Shown here in pieces: positions 33,839 to 44,745 of a DNA stretch of 64,000 nt. Source of the DNA: Rebecca billardiae RCC1528 (lineage: Eukaryota > Protista > Haptophyta); contig OZ251224.1 in assembly GCA_965240325.2 (NCBI GenBank), forward strand, positions 744,001 through 808,000, read 5' to 3'. Each line of letters opens with the position of its first letter. The stretch's first letter is position 1. The notes under the pieces were generated by a model, which did no database searches, was not told where the DNA came from, and saw only the letters and a program-made list of their open reading frames with translations. The position numbers were made by a program, and so were the translations under genes.

Positions 33839-34366
33839 ATGGCATCTGCTCGGGTGCTTGTTGCGGTCCTCGCGGCGATGGTGGGGTCGGCGTCCGCCTT
33901 TGGCATGCGTGGTGGCCTCTCGGGCGGGCTTGTCGCCAGGCGCGCGGCGGTCGCCTCGCCGGCGGTGTGCATGGAGGATGCGGCGCCAGAGCCCGAGGCG
34001 GCGGCGGAGGCGGAGCCGGCGGCGGCGGCGGAGGAAGCACCCAAGAAGGGGGGATCGAAGGCGCCGGCACCCGTGGAGGTGGCGAAGAAGGAGAAGTACA
34101 GGCCGACATCCTTTGGAGTGAACCCGCGCGTGTACAAGGACCGCAAGCGCAACCTGTACAACCGCTACTACAAGAGCACGCAGGCTACCGCACTCAAGAA
34201 GCTGAGCCAGGCCGTCGAGGACAAGGACGTGACCGAGGCGAAGAAGCTCTTCTCCCTCGCTGTGTCGGTTATTGACAAGAACGTCAAGCGGGGCATCATT
34301 CACAGGAATAAGGGGGCGCGCAGCAAGTCCAAGTGGCAGAAGCGCGTGCACGACATCAACGCCTGA
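33839..34366 (+). CDS. rps20: Nucleus-encoded plastid ribosomal protein S20
   Basis: RKRNLYNRYYKS..T.LKK..AVSVIDKNVKRGIIHRNKGARSKSK is bS20. Leader MASARVLVAVLAAMVGSASA|F is followed by a transit peptide. Confidence 0.92.
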   Translation: MASARVLVAVLAAMVGSASAFGMRGGLSGGLVARRAAVASPAVCMEDAAPEPEAAAEAEPAAAAEEAPKKGGSKAPAPVEVAKKEKYRPTSFGVNPRVYKDRKRNLYNRYYKSTQATALKKLSQAVEDKDVTEAKKLFSLAVSVIDKNVKRGIIHRNKGARSKSKWQKRVHDINA

Positions 34367-34958
34367 GCCTGCGGCGCCGGCCGCGCGTCTCGCGCAGGGT
34401 CGCGCAGGATTAGGCGCAGGACCGGTACGATCGGCAGGGCCCAGCTACGCGCTTGCGCTCGCCAGCAATCGCCGCAGCCGCTGCGCACGTGGGAGGAGTG
34501 CCAAGGTGACCTGCCATATTTTGGGCGATGAGGATGTGCCAGGTGATTTGACTTCCCAGACCGAACATGCAAAGCCAGTCGACTGCGTCAGTCGACCGCG
34601 CAGGGGTTCCGGGTTGGCGTCTTGGTCACGATTTCAGCTGCGCTAGTGCGCTCCTGTCTCCGGAGCAGCTTCCGTGGACGAGCCTGCTGGGCAGACTCGC
34701 GCCGCTGACTCTGCACTGCCAACCAAAATGACTGAGGCTTCAGGCCGTACTATAACTAGCAGTCGGTACTGTCAAGTGTCAGTACTCATTAATGTACTAG
34801 CAGTACTCTACAGTCTCACACTTACTCTTCAGCTGACCGATCGTCGAACCACTCACTGTCAACCAGTGTCAGTGACTAGTGAGTGCCGCGTACTCGCCAC
34901 TCGGACAACTAGTAGCTACCGCCGTATCGACCCCGCCGGAGACTCGAGTAAGGCCTAA

Positions 34959-35409
34959 GGGCGGGCTGACATTGTCCTAAACCGTAACCGTACAAACCGT
35001 ACTGTTCCATCCGGACTCCCGAGTTCCGATGACGGATTTGTTGCGGTCGAGGTTTGTTCTCTCCTGGACTATAGTGCCTGGCGGTCTGTCCTGCAGGTCC
35101 GACCGACGGTCCCCCCTGCGTGCTCGTCTGCGCTGCATGGCTGGCGCCACTTAGTGTTATCATCAGGCAGAGGCTAGTTGTTTGTTGGTGGGCGGTGACC
35201 TTCTGCCGCTGAGATTCTGCGGCTGCTGTGGCTTCGTGATCGAGGCTCTTTGAGTCTTTATTGTCGTTGACCCGGGCCGGAAGGTGTACCCGGGGGTTGA
35301 CACACGCGTAGCTTCACCGTGACCGTGCTCCGAGACTGAGTGTCGGATCGACGTTTTGTCTCCCGGCCTTTCTTTTCGTCTGTCCTTCTTGACCATGTCA
35401 CCTCCGTGT
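34959..35409. mobile_element. Possible degraded PIF/Harbinger-like MITE
   Basis: TAA on both flanks; imperfect inverted termini (CGGGCTGACATTGTC vs CGGAGGTGACATGGTC). Confidence 0.3.
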
Positions 35410-35950
35410 TAATTTTTCGTTTATCTCCGTACCTCTAGCTCTTTGTGACACGTGAGCTGCTGCCGGCCGCGTCGGCCCGATCAGGCCCATCTGCCGGCAC
35501 TCTATCTCTAGTCTATAGCTTATTTATTGCAGTAACTCTGAACTCTCTGAAGTCAAATGTCGTCAATATAATGATGACAGCGAGGCCCGCCGCTGAGCCG
35601 CTGGACCGCCCTACGCGCGGGCCGTTGTCGTTGTACTACTCGGCGCTCGGATTCGGAAGGCAGGGCCCCGCGGTCGGCGGCGAGTACTGCGTGCACCGCC
35701 CACTAAGACTCAAATATTACGCAGGGGCTGAGTGCGAAGGCGTTCAACCGGATCTTGATTTCAGAATTGACTGAGTCGGACATTGTCATCGGTGGCTCAT
35801 GGCAGCCTGGTGAATCTCAGTGAAACTCCGACTCCCGAGGCGCGCTCTGGCCGCTGTCGATCGACGGCTGCACGCCCGTCGCCCGACGACCATTTGGGCC
35901 GGATAGCCCCCTCGGCCAAGACGTGAGTGTGGATGTCGGGCCATTGCCGA

Positions 35951-36592
35951 TCAGAACGCATTCTTGAGTGCGGCGATGTAGCCCTTGCATCCATAGGCGC
36001 AATCTGTGGAGCACTTGTGCCGCGAGTATCCCTGAAACGATTGCGGCTCGACCGGGACTGGTTCACACTGCTTTACGCACATTTTGAAACATTGTTCCCT
36101 GGCCTCATCCATGCGCTCGAGCGCGTTCGTAGTGATCGCGCGCTTCTTCTCCCGTACTAGCACCGAGTCGTGAACCTTGTCGCTTGGCAAGCCCAAGTGC
36201 AGAGTGCTGGCAGCGAGAGCCTTGTCCGCTAGTCGGCAGCCGTCCACGCAATACTGCTTAGCAAGCTCCATCTCCTCGAGGTGTCGTTTGTGATGGTCAG
36301 AAGCAAAGACGAGGCGCTGATGGAGGCTACTTGGGTTGCATGAAAGGGCGCAGGCGTGTCGCAGCAACGTGCGTGCAAAACCGGTCGTATCGGCATCACT
36401 CGTGACGTCCATTGTTGGGCGTCGCCAAATTGCCCCAACCGGCAAACCCACCGCATCATTAATCCAGCGAAGTTCCGTCAACGACTCAACAGACGACGTT
36501 ACTGTTTTGCGCAGGCTGGGCCGCTGCGGTTCTTCCGAGAGCAGTCTGTTTCGACCACCGGCGGCCCGAGCGGTCGCTCGGCAGCGCGTCAT
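35951..36592 (-). CDS. Hypothetical Cys-rich protein
   Basis: 213-aa ORF with CALSC, CVDGC, CFKMCVKQC and CSTDCAYGC motifs; true start may be MDVTSD. Confidence 0.5.
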   Translation of the reverse strand: MTRCRATARAAGGRNRLLSEEPQRPSLRKTVTSSVESLTELRWINDAVGLPVGAIWRRPTMDVTSDADTTGFARTLLRHACALSCNPSSLHQRLVFASDHHKRHLEEMELAKQYCVDGCRLADKALAASTLHLGLPSDKVHDSVLVREKKRAITTNALERMDEAREQCFKMCVKQCEPVPVEPQSFQGYSRHKCSTDCAYGCKGYIAALKNAF

Positions 36593-36742
36593 GGAGTCGG
36601 CTGCAATGCGCGTGAACTATCCGCACCTGTACGCCCGGATGGTGCGCGCGCGCGCCACGCTTCACGCATTCGGGTCTGTGCGGCTAGCGCGCAACTGACC
36701 ATACCGCTTACCACGGCGTCTCCCTGATATCCCGTGGTCGCC

Positions 36743-37057
36743 ATGCAGCGTGCGAGACGCATGGCGCACTACTCCAACGACATGCCTGATCTGGTCGTCC
36801 AGACGAAGAGTGTCAAGACTGTGGAGCAGCAGAAGGCAGTGGAAATGCACGCGCAGAATCTAAGCCCAACCAAGTATGCGCCATTTGAGGAGAAGCCGAA
36901 GCCGCCCGAGCCGGATCTCTCCCTGCAAAAGACAGAGGAAGAACTCAAGCGCGAGTCGATGCTGCACAAGAGCGTCTCATATCGCCGGCAACATGATGGT
37001 GGCTTCTTCACGACAGGTGGTAATACCTCCAACCTGTGCGCATTCCAGGTGCCATAA
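36743..37057 (+). CDS. Small protein, possibly CFAP276/C1orf194-like ciliary protein
   Basis: Coding-like composition; C-terminal SYRRQHDGGFFTT resembles the YSRK.DGGFF motif as I recall it. Confidence 0.45.
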   Translation: MQRARRMAHYSNDMPDLVVQTKSVKTVEQQKAVEMHAQNLSPTKYAPFEEKPKPPEPDLSLQKTEEELKRESMLHKSVSYRRQHDGGFFTTGGNTSNLCAFQVP

Positions 37058-37284
37058 TCACATCAAGTGCCGCAATATGCGTGTGCTGCGAAGTGAAATG
37101 AGTTGCATCATGCACAAGCTCAGCCGTCTCTGCAAATTCAGGCCGCAGAACGGGTGCCGAACTGTGATTCATCCACTCGGCACTCGCCAACGCGCTGCGG
37201 CTCCGCCAACGGCCCGCGGCCCGTGGCAACAAGTTTCAGATGACAGTTGGTCAGAATGATTCTAGGATTCACGTACGAAGGTAT

Positions 37285-38620
37285 GACCGCGTTCCGCGGT
37301 CGACTTTATTCTGCCGATCGATAGGCGGAAGTCAACGCAGTTCTAAGGCGGGGCGACGCCGCGGAGTGGCCCGGTGCAATCGCGGCTCTCTGCCGTAGTG
37401 GCAGTTCGCCAGTTGAAGTCGGTTCTGAGATGACTGAAGCTATTAGTCCGACCGTCGCCCTGCCTGCGACCGCGAGACTCATTCACACTTCACACAATCA
37501 CAGCAGCGGACCTGAGATTGCACCCGGCACCGGTCAAATCGGACGTCCGTCTGACAACTAGTCAACTAGCTGCCAAATGTCGTCCAACTGGCTGATCAGC
37601 TCGGATCCGACCCGTCCGCGATCGTGCCATCGGCATCGGACGTCCGTCTGACAACTATTACTAGCTGCCATTGAACTGTCCAACTCTGGCTGATCAGCTC
37701 GGATCCGACCCGTCCGCGATCGTGCCGAGTGAGTCGTGCCGCGGTCGCGGAGCTCGGAGTACTGAAGGAGTCGGGTGTGACAGCAGGGTGCTTTAGCGCT
37801 GCGGCCCGTGCCAGCCAACGACGACCAGACGTACTCTGGCCACTTGACCCGTTGCACGGGTGAGTGACCGTACGCCCTGCTACCGCGCGCGCCGCGCGAC
37901 TCGGGGTGATGGAGAGCGGATGGCGACAGCAGCAGCAGTCCTCATGAAGACGATGAAGCTGGCGGCACGGGTGCACGAGGTGGAAGGCGAAAGCGCGCTG
38001 ACGAGACCGCATTTGACACACCTGAGCCGCACGCGCGTGCCGTCACCGAGCGCTGCAAACGCAACTATACCGCGCGCGCTACGACGGCGCGGCACTAGCT
38101 GATGCAGGCCGTACTGCCGGCACTGCTTCTGCGATCATGCGCCACGGTCGCAGCTGACTACGTGAGCAGCAAGCGGGAGGCGGGTCCGGAGGCACGTGCA
38201 GGCGCGCTCGCAGTCGCAGCCAGGGGTTGGTCCCATCCGCCATCGACATCGCGCGGGGCACGTCACCTCCCTCCGATCCGGTGTGGCCCAGTCCGGACGT
38301 CACGCGATCCGGGACGACGAATACGATTCGCTCGTCGTAACGAACCGTTACGTTAAAGTCACGTCCGGCTCACGTCCAGATCGCACTTTACTTAGGGAGT
38401 ATCGTGGGCGCGGTCTTTTCTCGCCGACGAATGAATTAACGTCTACTCTATGCGCGCGGTCTCAAAAAATCGTCGAATCTCGGTCTCCACCTCCCTGAAA
38501 ATCGCCCCGGCGGCCCGGGCCCTTTTTTATTTGATCCGAAAGATCTTTTTGAAACGTGGTTAGGGCCCGCACTGCGGGCTCCACGCAGCACGCTGCGCGC
38601 TCCGCCCTGCACCGCGGGCC
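37285..38620 (+). mobile_element. AT-TSD non-autonomous transposon, copy 2
   Basis: AT|GACCGCG...CGCGGGCC|AT; collinear with 10375-11657. Confidence 0.82.
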
Positions 38621-38803
38621 ATTATTGCTTATTATAGTCATACGCTGCTCACAAGCTGTCTCCGCGCAGCCGGAATTCAAAGGCGCGTGGCCCGCGTGGC
38701 AGCGCTGCCAGCAGGCAGCACGCCGCCCGGGCCGCCCGTGACTCGTGAGCCGCCGCGCGGAGGCTGATTAATGCCGATGGCCGCCAGATCGATCGATGAT
38801 GAG

Positions 38804-41800
38804 TCACCCCTGAGACAAACCGATGCCACAGCAGCAGGTCGTCATGTGCGCCTCGAGCTCGGTTGTCAGCACGGTGATGCCACACAAAACGCAGACGACC
38901 GTCTCGGACGACTCAGACGGCACCGCGGGACGGGCGGGCGTGGCCACTGCGGTCGGCTCTGTCGTGTGTCTCGTCTGGTCCACGCACGCCGAGCTGTTGC
39001 AGCGCAGAGGAAGCGCGCTGCCAGGGGTGCGCGGCGGGGCAGCGATGCGCTGGCCGCTGACGAGTGCGTGAATGTGCCGCTGTCGGGCCTCGAGTTGCAG
39101 CATGGCACGGTGGTCGGAGGCAAGGCGAGAGGCGAGGGCCTCGGCAATCCCGCGCGCGTACGCGGGCGCTGCGCGCGCGGGTGCGAGTGCTTGCTCATCC
39201 GCGTAGGCCAGGTGCGTGCCCAGCTGCTCATCCGCGCTCGCGTACCGCGCGTCCGTGATGACGAGCACTGCGCTGAGCTTCTGCAGCTTGTTGAGCGCGC
39301 GGTGAGCGTGCTGCTCCCCGCGCACCTTGATGCACAGCACGTCCGTGGCCTCGGGTGTGCCCACAAAGACGTTGCAGTAGCTGCCGCCGCTGCCGCCGCC
39401 GTCAAAGGGCTCGCTGACGTGCAGCAGCGCGCCCAGTGTGCAGAACTCGCAGCCCGCGCGCAGCTGCGCGAGTGCCGAGAACGGCAGCGGCGCGCGCGGC
39501 AGCAGCTCCTCCGAGCGCTCCTCGATGCGCGTCCACGTGGTGAGGCGCGTCGTGGTGAACGACAACGCCTGCGGGTGCGGCGCGTGCACCGTCACCGCGT
39601 CCGCAATCACGACAGCGGATGCGCCCGCGCCAGGGCGCGCGCTCGCGAGCGAGAGCGCCGGTGGGCGCGCAGCGGACACGTCGACGAAGGTGAGCTCCCA
39701 CACAGAGCCGTCGAGAGCGCCGGCGGCGTGCAGGTGTTCGGGTGGGCGCCACACCGTCAGCTCCGCGACGGCCGTCGAGTCTCCGGCGTCGCTGACGGCG
39801 AGGCGGCAGAAGGGCACCACGTCGCGTGCGCTCAGGACCAGCTCGGCCGGCGGCGCGGCGCCGCAGCACTCGGCAAGCGACGCGCGCTGATCCGCGCTCA
39901 GCGAGCCGACGCAGCGCGCGGCGCGCTCAAAGTCGGTCTCGACGAGCGCGAGCGCGAGCGCCGCGAGCTCCGCCCCGCTCGCCTCCTGCAGCAGCTCCTC
40001 GAGCTCGCCCGGCGCGCCCGGCGGCACCGGCCGCGCGCGGCGCGCGCCGCTCTGCAGCGCGGAGTGGAAGAGCTCGAGCGCGCTCGCGTGCTCCGCCGCG
40101 CGCCGCTCGACGTGCTCCTGCTCGGCGCGCTCGGAGCGAACGAGCTTGGTGCCGTCGGGCCGGCGCTCGAGGAACTGCAGCGGGTAGTGCCGCTGGACGA
40201 CGAGGCGGAGCGCGGGCGCGGCGCCGCCACCGGCCGAGAGCGTGCCGAGCGACAGCCGCGGCGGGGTGCGCATGCGCTGCGCGCCGAGCTGCGCGTCCCA
40301 GCGCGCAAGCCGGGTGCCGTTGGCGTGGATGCCGAGCCGGGGCTGCCCCCCGCCGTCGCCGCCCGACAGCCGCGCGCCGCACACGAGGAGCTTCACGCCG
40401 GGCCGCACCTTGCCGCGTCGGCACAGGCTGGTGAGCGCGGGGTCCAGCTCAGCGCCGACCACGGCCCACCCGTCGGTGAGCGTGGCGCGAGCGAGCGGCT
40501 GCGCCGGCTCCGCCGCCGCACCGGCGACGGCGGCGCGCTCGGCCGGCTGCGCGCGGCCGCCGACGGTCAGATCGCACACGCACACGACCATCGCGCGCGC
40601 CGGATGCGCGTCGCCCTCCACGACGCGCTTGAGCACCGACCGCTGGTTCGCCACCAGCTCGCGCTCGTACCGGTAGCACAGCTGGCGCAGCGTCCGAGCC
40701 TCGCTCAGGTACACCGCAGCCGGCGAGCTGGCAGCGCCGAAGCGCGCCTCCGTGGCGGCGAGCTTCCACACGACGAGGGCAAAGTGGCGCTCGACCCACG
40801 CACGCCCATCCTCCCCCTCGAGCCGCGCGCCGCGCTCGCGCAGGAGCCCCAGAAAGTGCGCACTGCCGCGCGGCGGCGTGCCGCCCTCGTCCGCACCTCC
40901 GAAGGCAAAGGTGCGAGCGGCAGCGAAGGTGCGCGCGCTCGCAATGAGCCGCGCGCGCGCCGAAGCGAGCGGCATGCCGGGGTCCACAGAGGCGGCGAGA
41001 GCGCGCAGCGACATCCGACGCCGCGCCGCGAGCGCGCTGAGATCAAACAGGCTCGGGAGCGCAGACGGTGCGGGTTGCGCGCGCGGCGCTGTGGCTGCGA
41101 CCGCGGCCGCGGTGCGGATGCCATTGCGTGGCGTGCCGCTTGCGCCGCCTGGTCCCGCGGGCGGCAGCGGCGGAGGCGGCGGCGTGGTGCCGTTGTTTGG
41201 GCGCTTGAGAGGCGGCTCAAACGGACGGCTGCGCGGGTGCCGCTTCGAACTCGAGGCCGACCCTGCCTGCGGGAGCGGCGGCGGCATCCGCTGGGCGCCC
41301 TGCGTCGGGACATGCGCGGATGCAAGCGCGGGGCTCTGCGCGTGTGGCTGGGGAGCCGGCATCAGCGGCGGCGCCGGCGGCGGCGCCGGCGGCGGTGGGA
41401 GCGGACGGAGCGGGACTCGCCCCGACACGCTTGACGCCTGCGGGTGCGGGCTCACGCCGATCGGCACGGCACTCGCAGCCTGCATCTGCGCTGGCAGTGG
41501 CGTGCGTTCCGCCGCACCCGCAGCGGGCGCGCCGCCTGCGCCGATGGCATCAGCCGGATGCTCGGCTTGCCCGAGCTCGGTCTCGAGCTCCTTCTCGAGG
41601 TCGGCCATGAATTGCATGGACCGCCTCATCGCCATCTCACTCACAGGCACGGCGCTGCCGCGTCCGGTCGCGAAGCCGCCAAATGCAGGCGTGGCATCGG
41701 CGCCGCCACAGGCGCGAGGCACGCGCTCGGCAGGCGCGCGCAGTGGCGTCTGCGTGGGCGTGCCCTGTGCGGCGTGCTCGTTGAGCCGCTTGATCTCGGA

Positions 41801-42277
41801 GAAGTTGATTGCGCCGCCCCCACCGCGGTGCCAGACTGGCCTGGTCGGCGGACACGGAGGCTGGGGCTGAGGCTGCGCCGGAGGAGTTGGGTGCGGGCGG
41901 CGCGCATGCGCAGCTTTGCGCACCGCGCCCTCACACTGGTTCGCTTCCTTGAATGCGGCGAAGTCCGTTGGTGCGCCGCCGCCACGAGACCACACAGGCC
42001 GCGCGTTCCCCGCGAGCCCGGGCGAAGCGGCCGCCGTGCTCGACGGCGGAGCTGCTGACAGCGGCCGCGGCTGCGTCCGGGCCTGCTCTGCCGGCTGCTG
42101 CAACCCCTCGCTCGGCGGCGTGTCCTGTGAGAGCATGTAATTGAACTCCGTCTCCGTGTCGCCAGATAGGCCTGACTGGCACAGCTCGCCGCCCAAGGGC
42201 CGCGCGAGCAGCAGCGCCTGCGGCGTCGTCATCGCCTCCAGCGGCGACGCCGCCTCCGGGGAGCCCTGCGCCAGCAT
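38804..42277 (-). CDS. BRCA2: BRCA2 homologue
   Basis: BRC repeat FATGRGSAVPVSEMAMRRSMQFMADLE; PhePP motif PFEPPLK; helical domain WVERHFALVVWKLAA and YRYERE..QRSVLKRVVEGD; OB1 LTDGW and HANGTRLARWDAQLG; OB2/tower QRHYPLQFLE. No introns seen. Confidence 0.92.
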   Translation of the reverse strand: MLAQGSPEAASPLEAMTTPQALLLARPLGGELCQSGLSGDTETEFNYMLSQDTPPSEGLQQPAEQARTQPRPLSAAPPSSTAAASPGLAGNARPVWSRGGGAPTDFAAFKEANQCEGAVRKAAHARRPHPTPPAQPQPQPPCPPTRPVWHRGGGGAINFSEIKRLNEHAAQGTPTQTPLRAPAERVPRACGGADATPAFGGFATGRGSAVPVSEMAMRRSMQFMADLEKELETELGQAEHPADAIGAGGAPAAGAAERTPLPAQMQAASAVPIGVSPHPQASSVSGRVPLRPLPPPPAPPPAPPLMPAPQPHAQSPALASAHVPTQGAQRMPPPLPQAGSASSSKRHPRSRPFEPPLKRPNNGTTPPPPPLPPAGPGGASGTPRNGIRTAAAVAATAPRAQPAPSALPSLFDLSALAARRRMSLRALAASVDPGMPLASARARLIASARTFAAARTFAFGGADEGGTPPRGSAHFLGLLRERGARLEGEDGRAWVERHFALVVWKLAATEARFGAASSPAAVYLSEARTLRQLCYRYERELVANQRSVLKRVVEGDAHPARAMVVCVCDLTVGGRAQPAERAAVAGAAAEPAQPLARATLTDGWAVVGAELDPALTSLCRRGKVRPGVKLLVCGARLSGGDGGGQPRLGIHANGTRLARWDAQLGAQRMRTPPRLSLGTLSAGGGAAPALRLVVQRHYPLQFLERRPDGTKLVRSERAEQEHVERRAAEHASALELFHSALQSGARRARPVPPGAPGELEELLQEASGAELAALALALVETDFERAARCVGSLSADQRASLAECCGAAPPAELVLSARDVVPFCRLAVSDAGDSTAVAELTVWRPPEHLHAAGALDGSVWELTFVDVSAARPPALSLASARPGAGASAVVIADAVTVHAPHPQALSFTTTRLTTWTRIEERSEELLPRAPLPFSALAQLRAGCEFCTLGALLHVSEPFDGGGSGGSYCNVFVGTPEATDVLCIKVRGEQHAHRALNKLQKLSAVLVITDARYASADEQLGTHLAYADEQALAPARAAPAYARGIAEALASRLASDHRAMLQLEARQRHIHALVSGQRIAAPPRTPGSALPLRCNSSACVDQTRHTTEPTAVATPARPAVPSESSETVVCVLCGITVLTTELEAHMTTCCCGIGLSQG

Positions 42278-42421
42278 GGCTCGCCGCGGAGAGTTGACTT
42301 GACCCGACTGGTTGGCGGGCTGGCGGGAGTGGCTGTGGAGCTTGGGCAGCGCCCGCAGCGGTGCTGCGGACCCGGACTCCTGTTGGCACGATTTCGTCGA
42401 TCGACGAGATTCGCGAACGTC

Positions 42422-43057
42422 ATGGCGTCGTCGTCTCACCTCCGCGCGCTGCTCATGCTTGCAGCAATGGCGACGGCAGTCGGCGAGCGAGGTCCCGTCA
42501 AATGGCGAGCTTCGAAGACAGTCATGCGCACAGTTGCTGCGCGCCCGCCCCCGGACACTCTGGAGTCTTTCTTCTCCACTCCCGAGATGCCAAGAACGGT
42601 CATTGAGTGCAACCCTGGCCTGGCATCAGCGACGTGCATGGGCACGCTCGAGGACGGCGCAACGGTATGGGAGGGTCGTACGGCACCGATCAAATTTGGC
42701 CCTTTCGTCAGCGTCACGAGCATCATCAAGCTGAAGATGCGCTTTGACGCCACGCTTCCATCTCCCACGCTTGTGTTCGAGGCACTTGAGTCGCGAACTG
42801 AGTCTGATGGGCCGCCTCTGCTGGTGCGCTTCATAGATTCCATCTTGCCTGACGTGCGCTCCAAGAACACCGTATCAGCAGCTGGGTCAACGCTGACCTC
42901 GGAGGCTTTTCTCGAGCTCGACCTTCCCATGCCTCGCTGGCTGCCTGTGCCTCGAGCACAGATCGAGCAAGCGGGACCGCCCATCCTGGAAAAGCAGCTC
43001 GAGAACGACCTGACTGCACTGCTAGAGAAGCTGGCTGAGCTGTACACATCAAAGTAG
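42422..43057 (+). CDS. DUF1997-like (START-fold) protein with signal peptide
   Basis: N-terminal SP; LELDLPMPRWLPVPRAQIEQAG..LEKQL..L...Y C-terminal pattern. Confidence 0.6.
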   Translation: MASSSHLRALLMLAAMATAVGERGPVKWRASKTVMRTVAARPPPDTLESFFSTPEMPRTVIECNPGLASATCMGTLEDGATVWEGRTAPIKFGPFVSVTSIIKLKMRFDATLPSPTLVFEALESRTESDGPPLLVRFIDSILPDVRSKNTVSAAGSTLTSEAFLELDLPMPRWLPVPRAQIEQAGPPILEKQLENDLTALLEKLAELYTSK

Positions 43058-44111
43058 GGTTTTCGTCGTCGGGATGACCCATCCGGCTCAAGCTCGACCC
43101 GCGAGTCGGCACTAAGCGGACGATCTCAATGTGACAATGACAACTTTCAAACTTTGGCGCGGACCGCCGCCTCAGAAGGTGGCGGCATCGATTCTGACCG
43201 CATTCCGCAATCCGCATCGAATCAGCTATACAGTATCGTATTCTTATACTTATTCTGTAGAAGAACCGATGTCAATCAAAAAAGGGTAGTGGACGCCAAA
43301 CTCCGAACTCCGAAGGCGAACAACTGCCCCGCCGGCGCCGGGCCCGGGCCGGGGGACGGGGGTCGGGGCGGGGTTGTTGAACTATCCGATTCCGGATTCG
43401 GATGGTGTCATCCAATGGTGAGCCGTCACCGAGCAGTATAGTGATATGGCACGTCAGCGCAGCACAGTTAGAACACATTGTAGACAAGTAGTGGCAGCAC
43501 ACTCAATATAAGTCAGCATGCGACGGCGGCTGTTTCGGGCGGTTAGACGCGTGCGCTTCGGCTTACTAGTCTTAGCTAGTTAGTTACACTAGTGTTGCCA
43601 TCAGACATCAGTGTTTGCAGCTTGAGCTGTTTACATTGTGCGTGCCTGCTAGCTTAGCTTATGGTCCCATGTAACTAGCTACCGGCGGTTGCAGCTGTTT
43701 ACCGATTGTGCCTGCTAGCTTACTTATGCATGCATACTGCTCATGTAACTACAGCTACCGGCGCGGTCAGTCGACGTCACCGTAACTAACTACGCGGCAT
43801 ATCCGCGGCATCACATGTCACATGACACTGTAGTCACTACGCGTATGGTTGGTGCCCGCAATGGATATCGGACGAAAATCGGTAACAGTCCTGAGTCCGT
43901 ACCGTCGACTACTCAGATTACTCAACTATAAGCTAGCTACTGTTACTGTACCGTCGCGTCGGACGCCCGATGCGCCGCCCTCCAGGGGCAGGCAGCCCGG
44001 GAAATTACTAATCGGATTAAGGAATCAATCCGGCCCGTACTTGCCGCCTTGCGGGCACTCATGACTCACTGCCTAGCCCTACCGTAATATACTACTGCTG
44101 TAGTTAATACT

Positions 44112-44161
44112 TCGCCTGCCTGAGCTGTGTGCGTCTCTTATTCTTAGTAGTATAAACTGTA
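44112..44161 (+). repeat. Short dispersed repeat, copy 3
   Basis: Same core sequence with a small insertion before AAACTG-TA. Confidence 0.85.
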
Positions 44162-44512
44162 TTCCGCCAGCTTATGGCCCGCGGTGCAGGGCGGAGCGCG
44201 CAGCGTGGAGCCCGCACCAGTGGGCCCGAACCACGTTTCAAAAAGATCTTTGATCAAGAAAAAGGGACGCGGGGGCCGATTTTTAGGGCTGGCGGAGACC
44301 GAGTTTCGAATTTTGAGACCCTCTCTACAGGTGCATCACGGAGAAAAAAACCGCGCCCACAACATTCCCCTAATCAATCGTGGACGGCCGGGCGTGAGAG
44401 TTCACTTCTGTGTGAAGTAGGACGGTTACAAGTCCAATACAAGCGTCAGCTTCTTTGAGGCTATTTTCGCACGTCCTTACGGGATCAGCGAAGTAACCAA
44501 CCGATATATATT

Positions 44513-44745
44513 GGCTTCGTCGGGGTCGTATTCACTACTGATTCATATGCTGTATGGTTCACGCAGGCATAAAATCGCTTCGTCGGAGTCGTATCCACTA
44601 CTGGAGAACATCATTTGCACCGCTTCGTTTTCATACATTATGAACCATATATGCTGTATGGTTCACGCAGGCATAAAATCGCTTCGTCGGGGTCGTATCC
44701 ACTACTGGAGAACAACATTTGCACCGCTTCGTTTTCATACATTAT
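44513..44745. repeat. Tandem repeat of about 104 bp (~2.3 copies)
   Basis: ATATGCTGTATGGTTCACGCAGGCATAAAATCGCTTCGTCGG...CATACATTAT is repeated. Confidence 0.85.

Noticed and set aside
32452-34161. 569-aa minus-strand ORF as a single protein
   Set aside because: Its first ~145 codons are antisense to rps20; the BRO1 protein plausibly starts at 33726.
43290-43410. Imperfect ~120-bp hairpin as an ncRNA
   Set aside because: No tRNA, snRNA or snoRNA motifs; more likely a decayed MITE.
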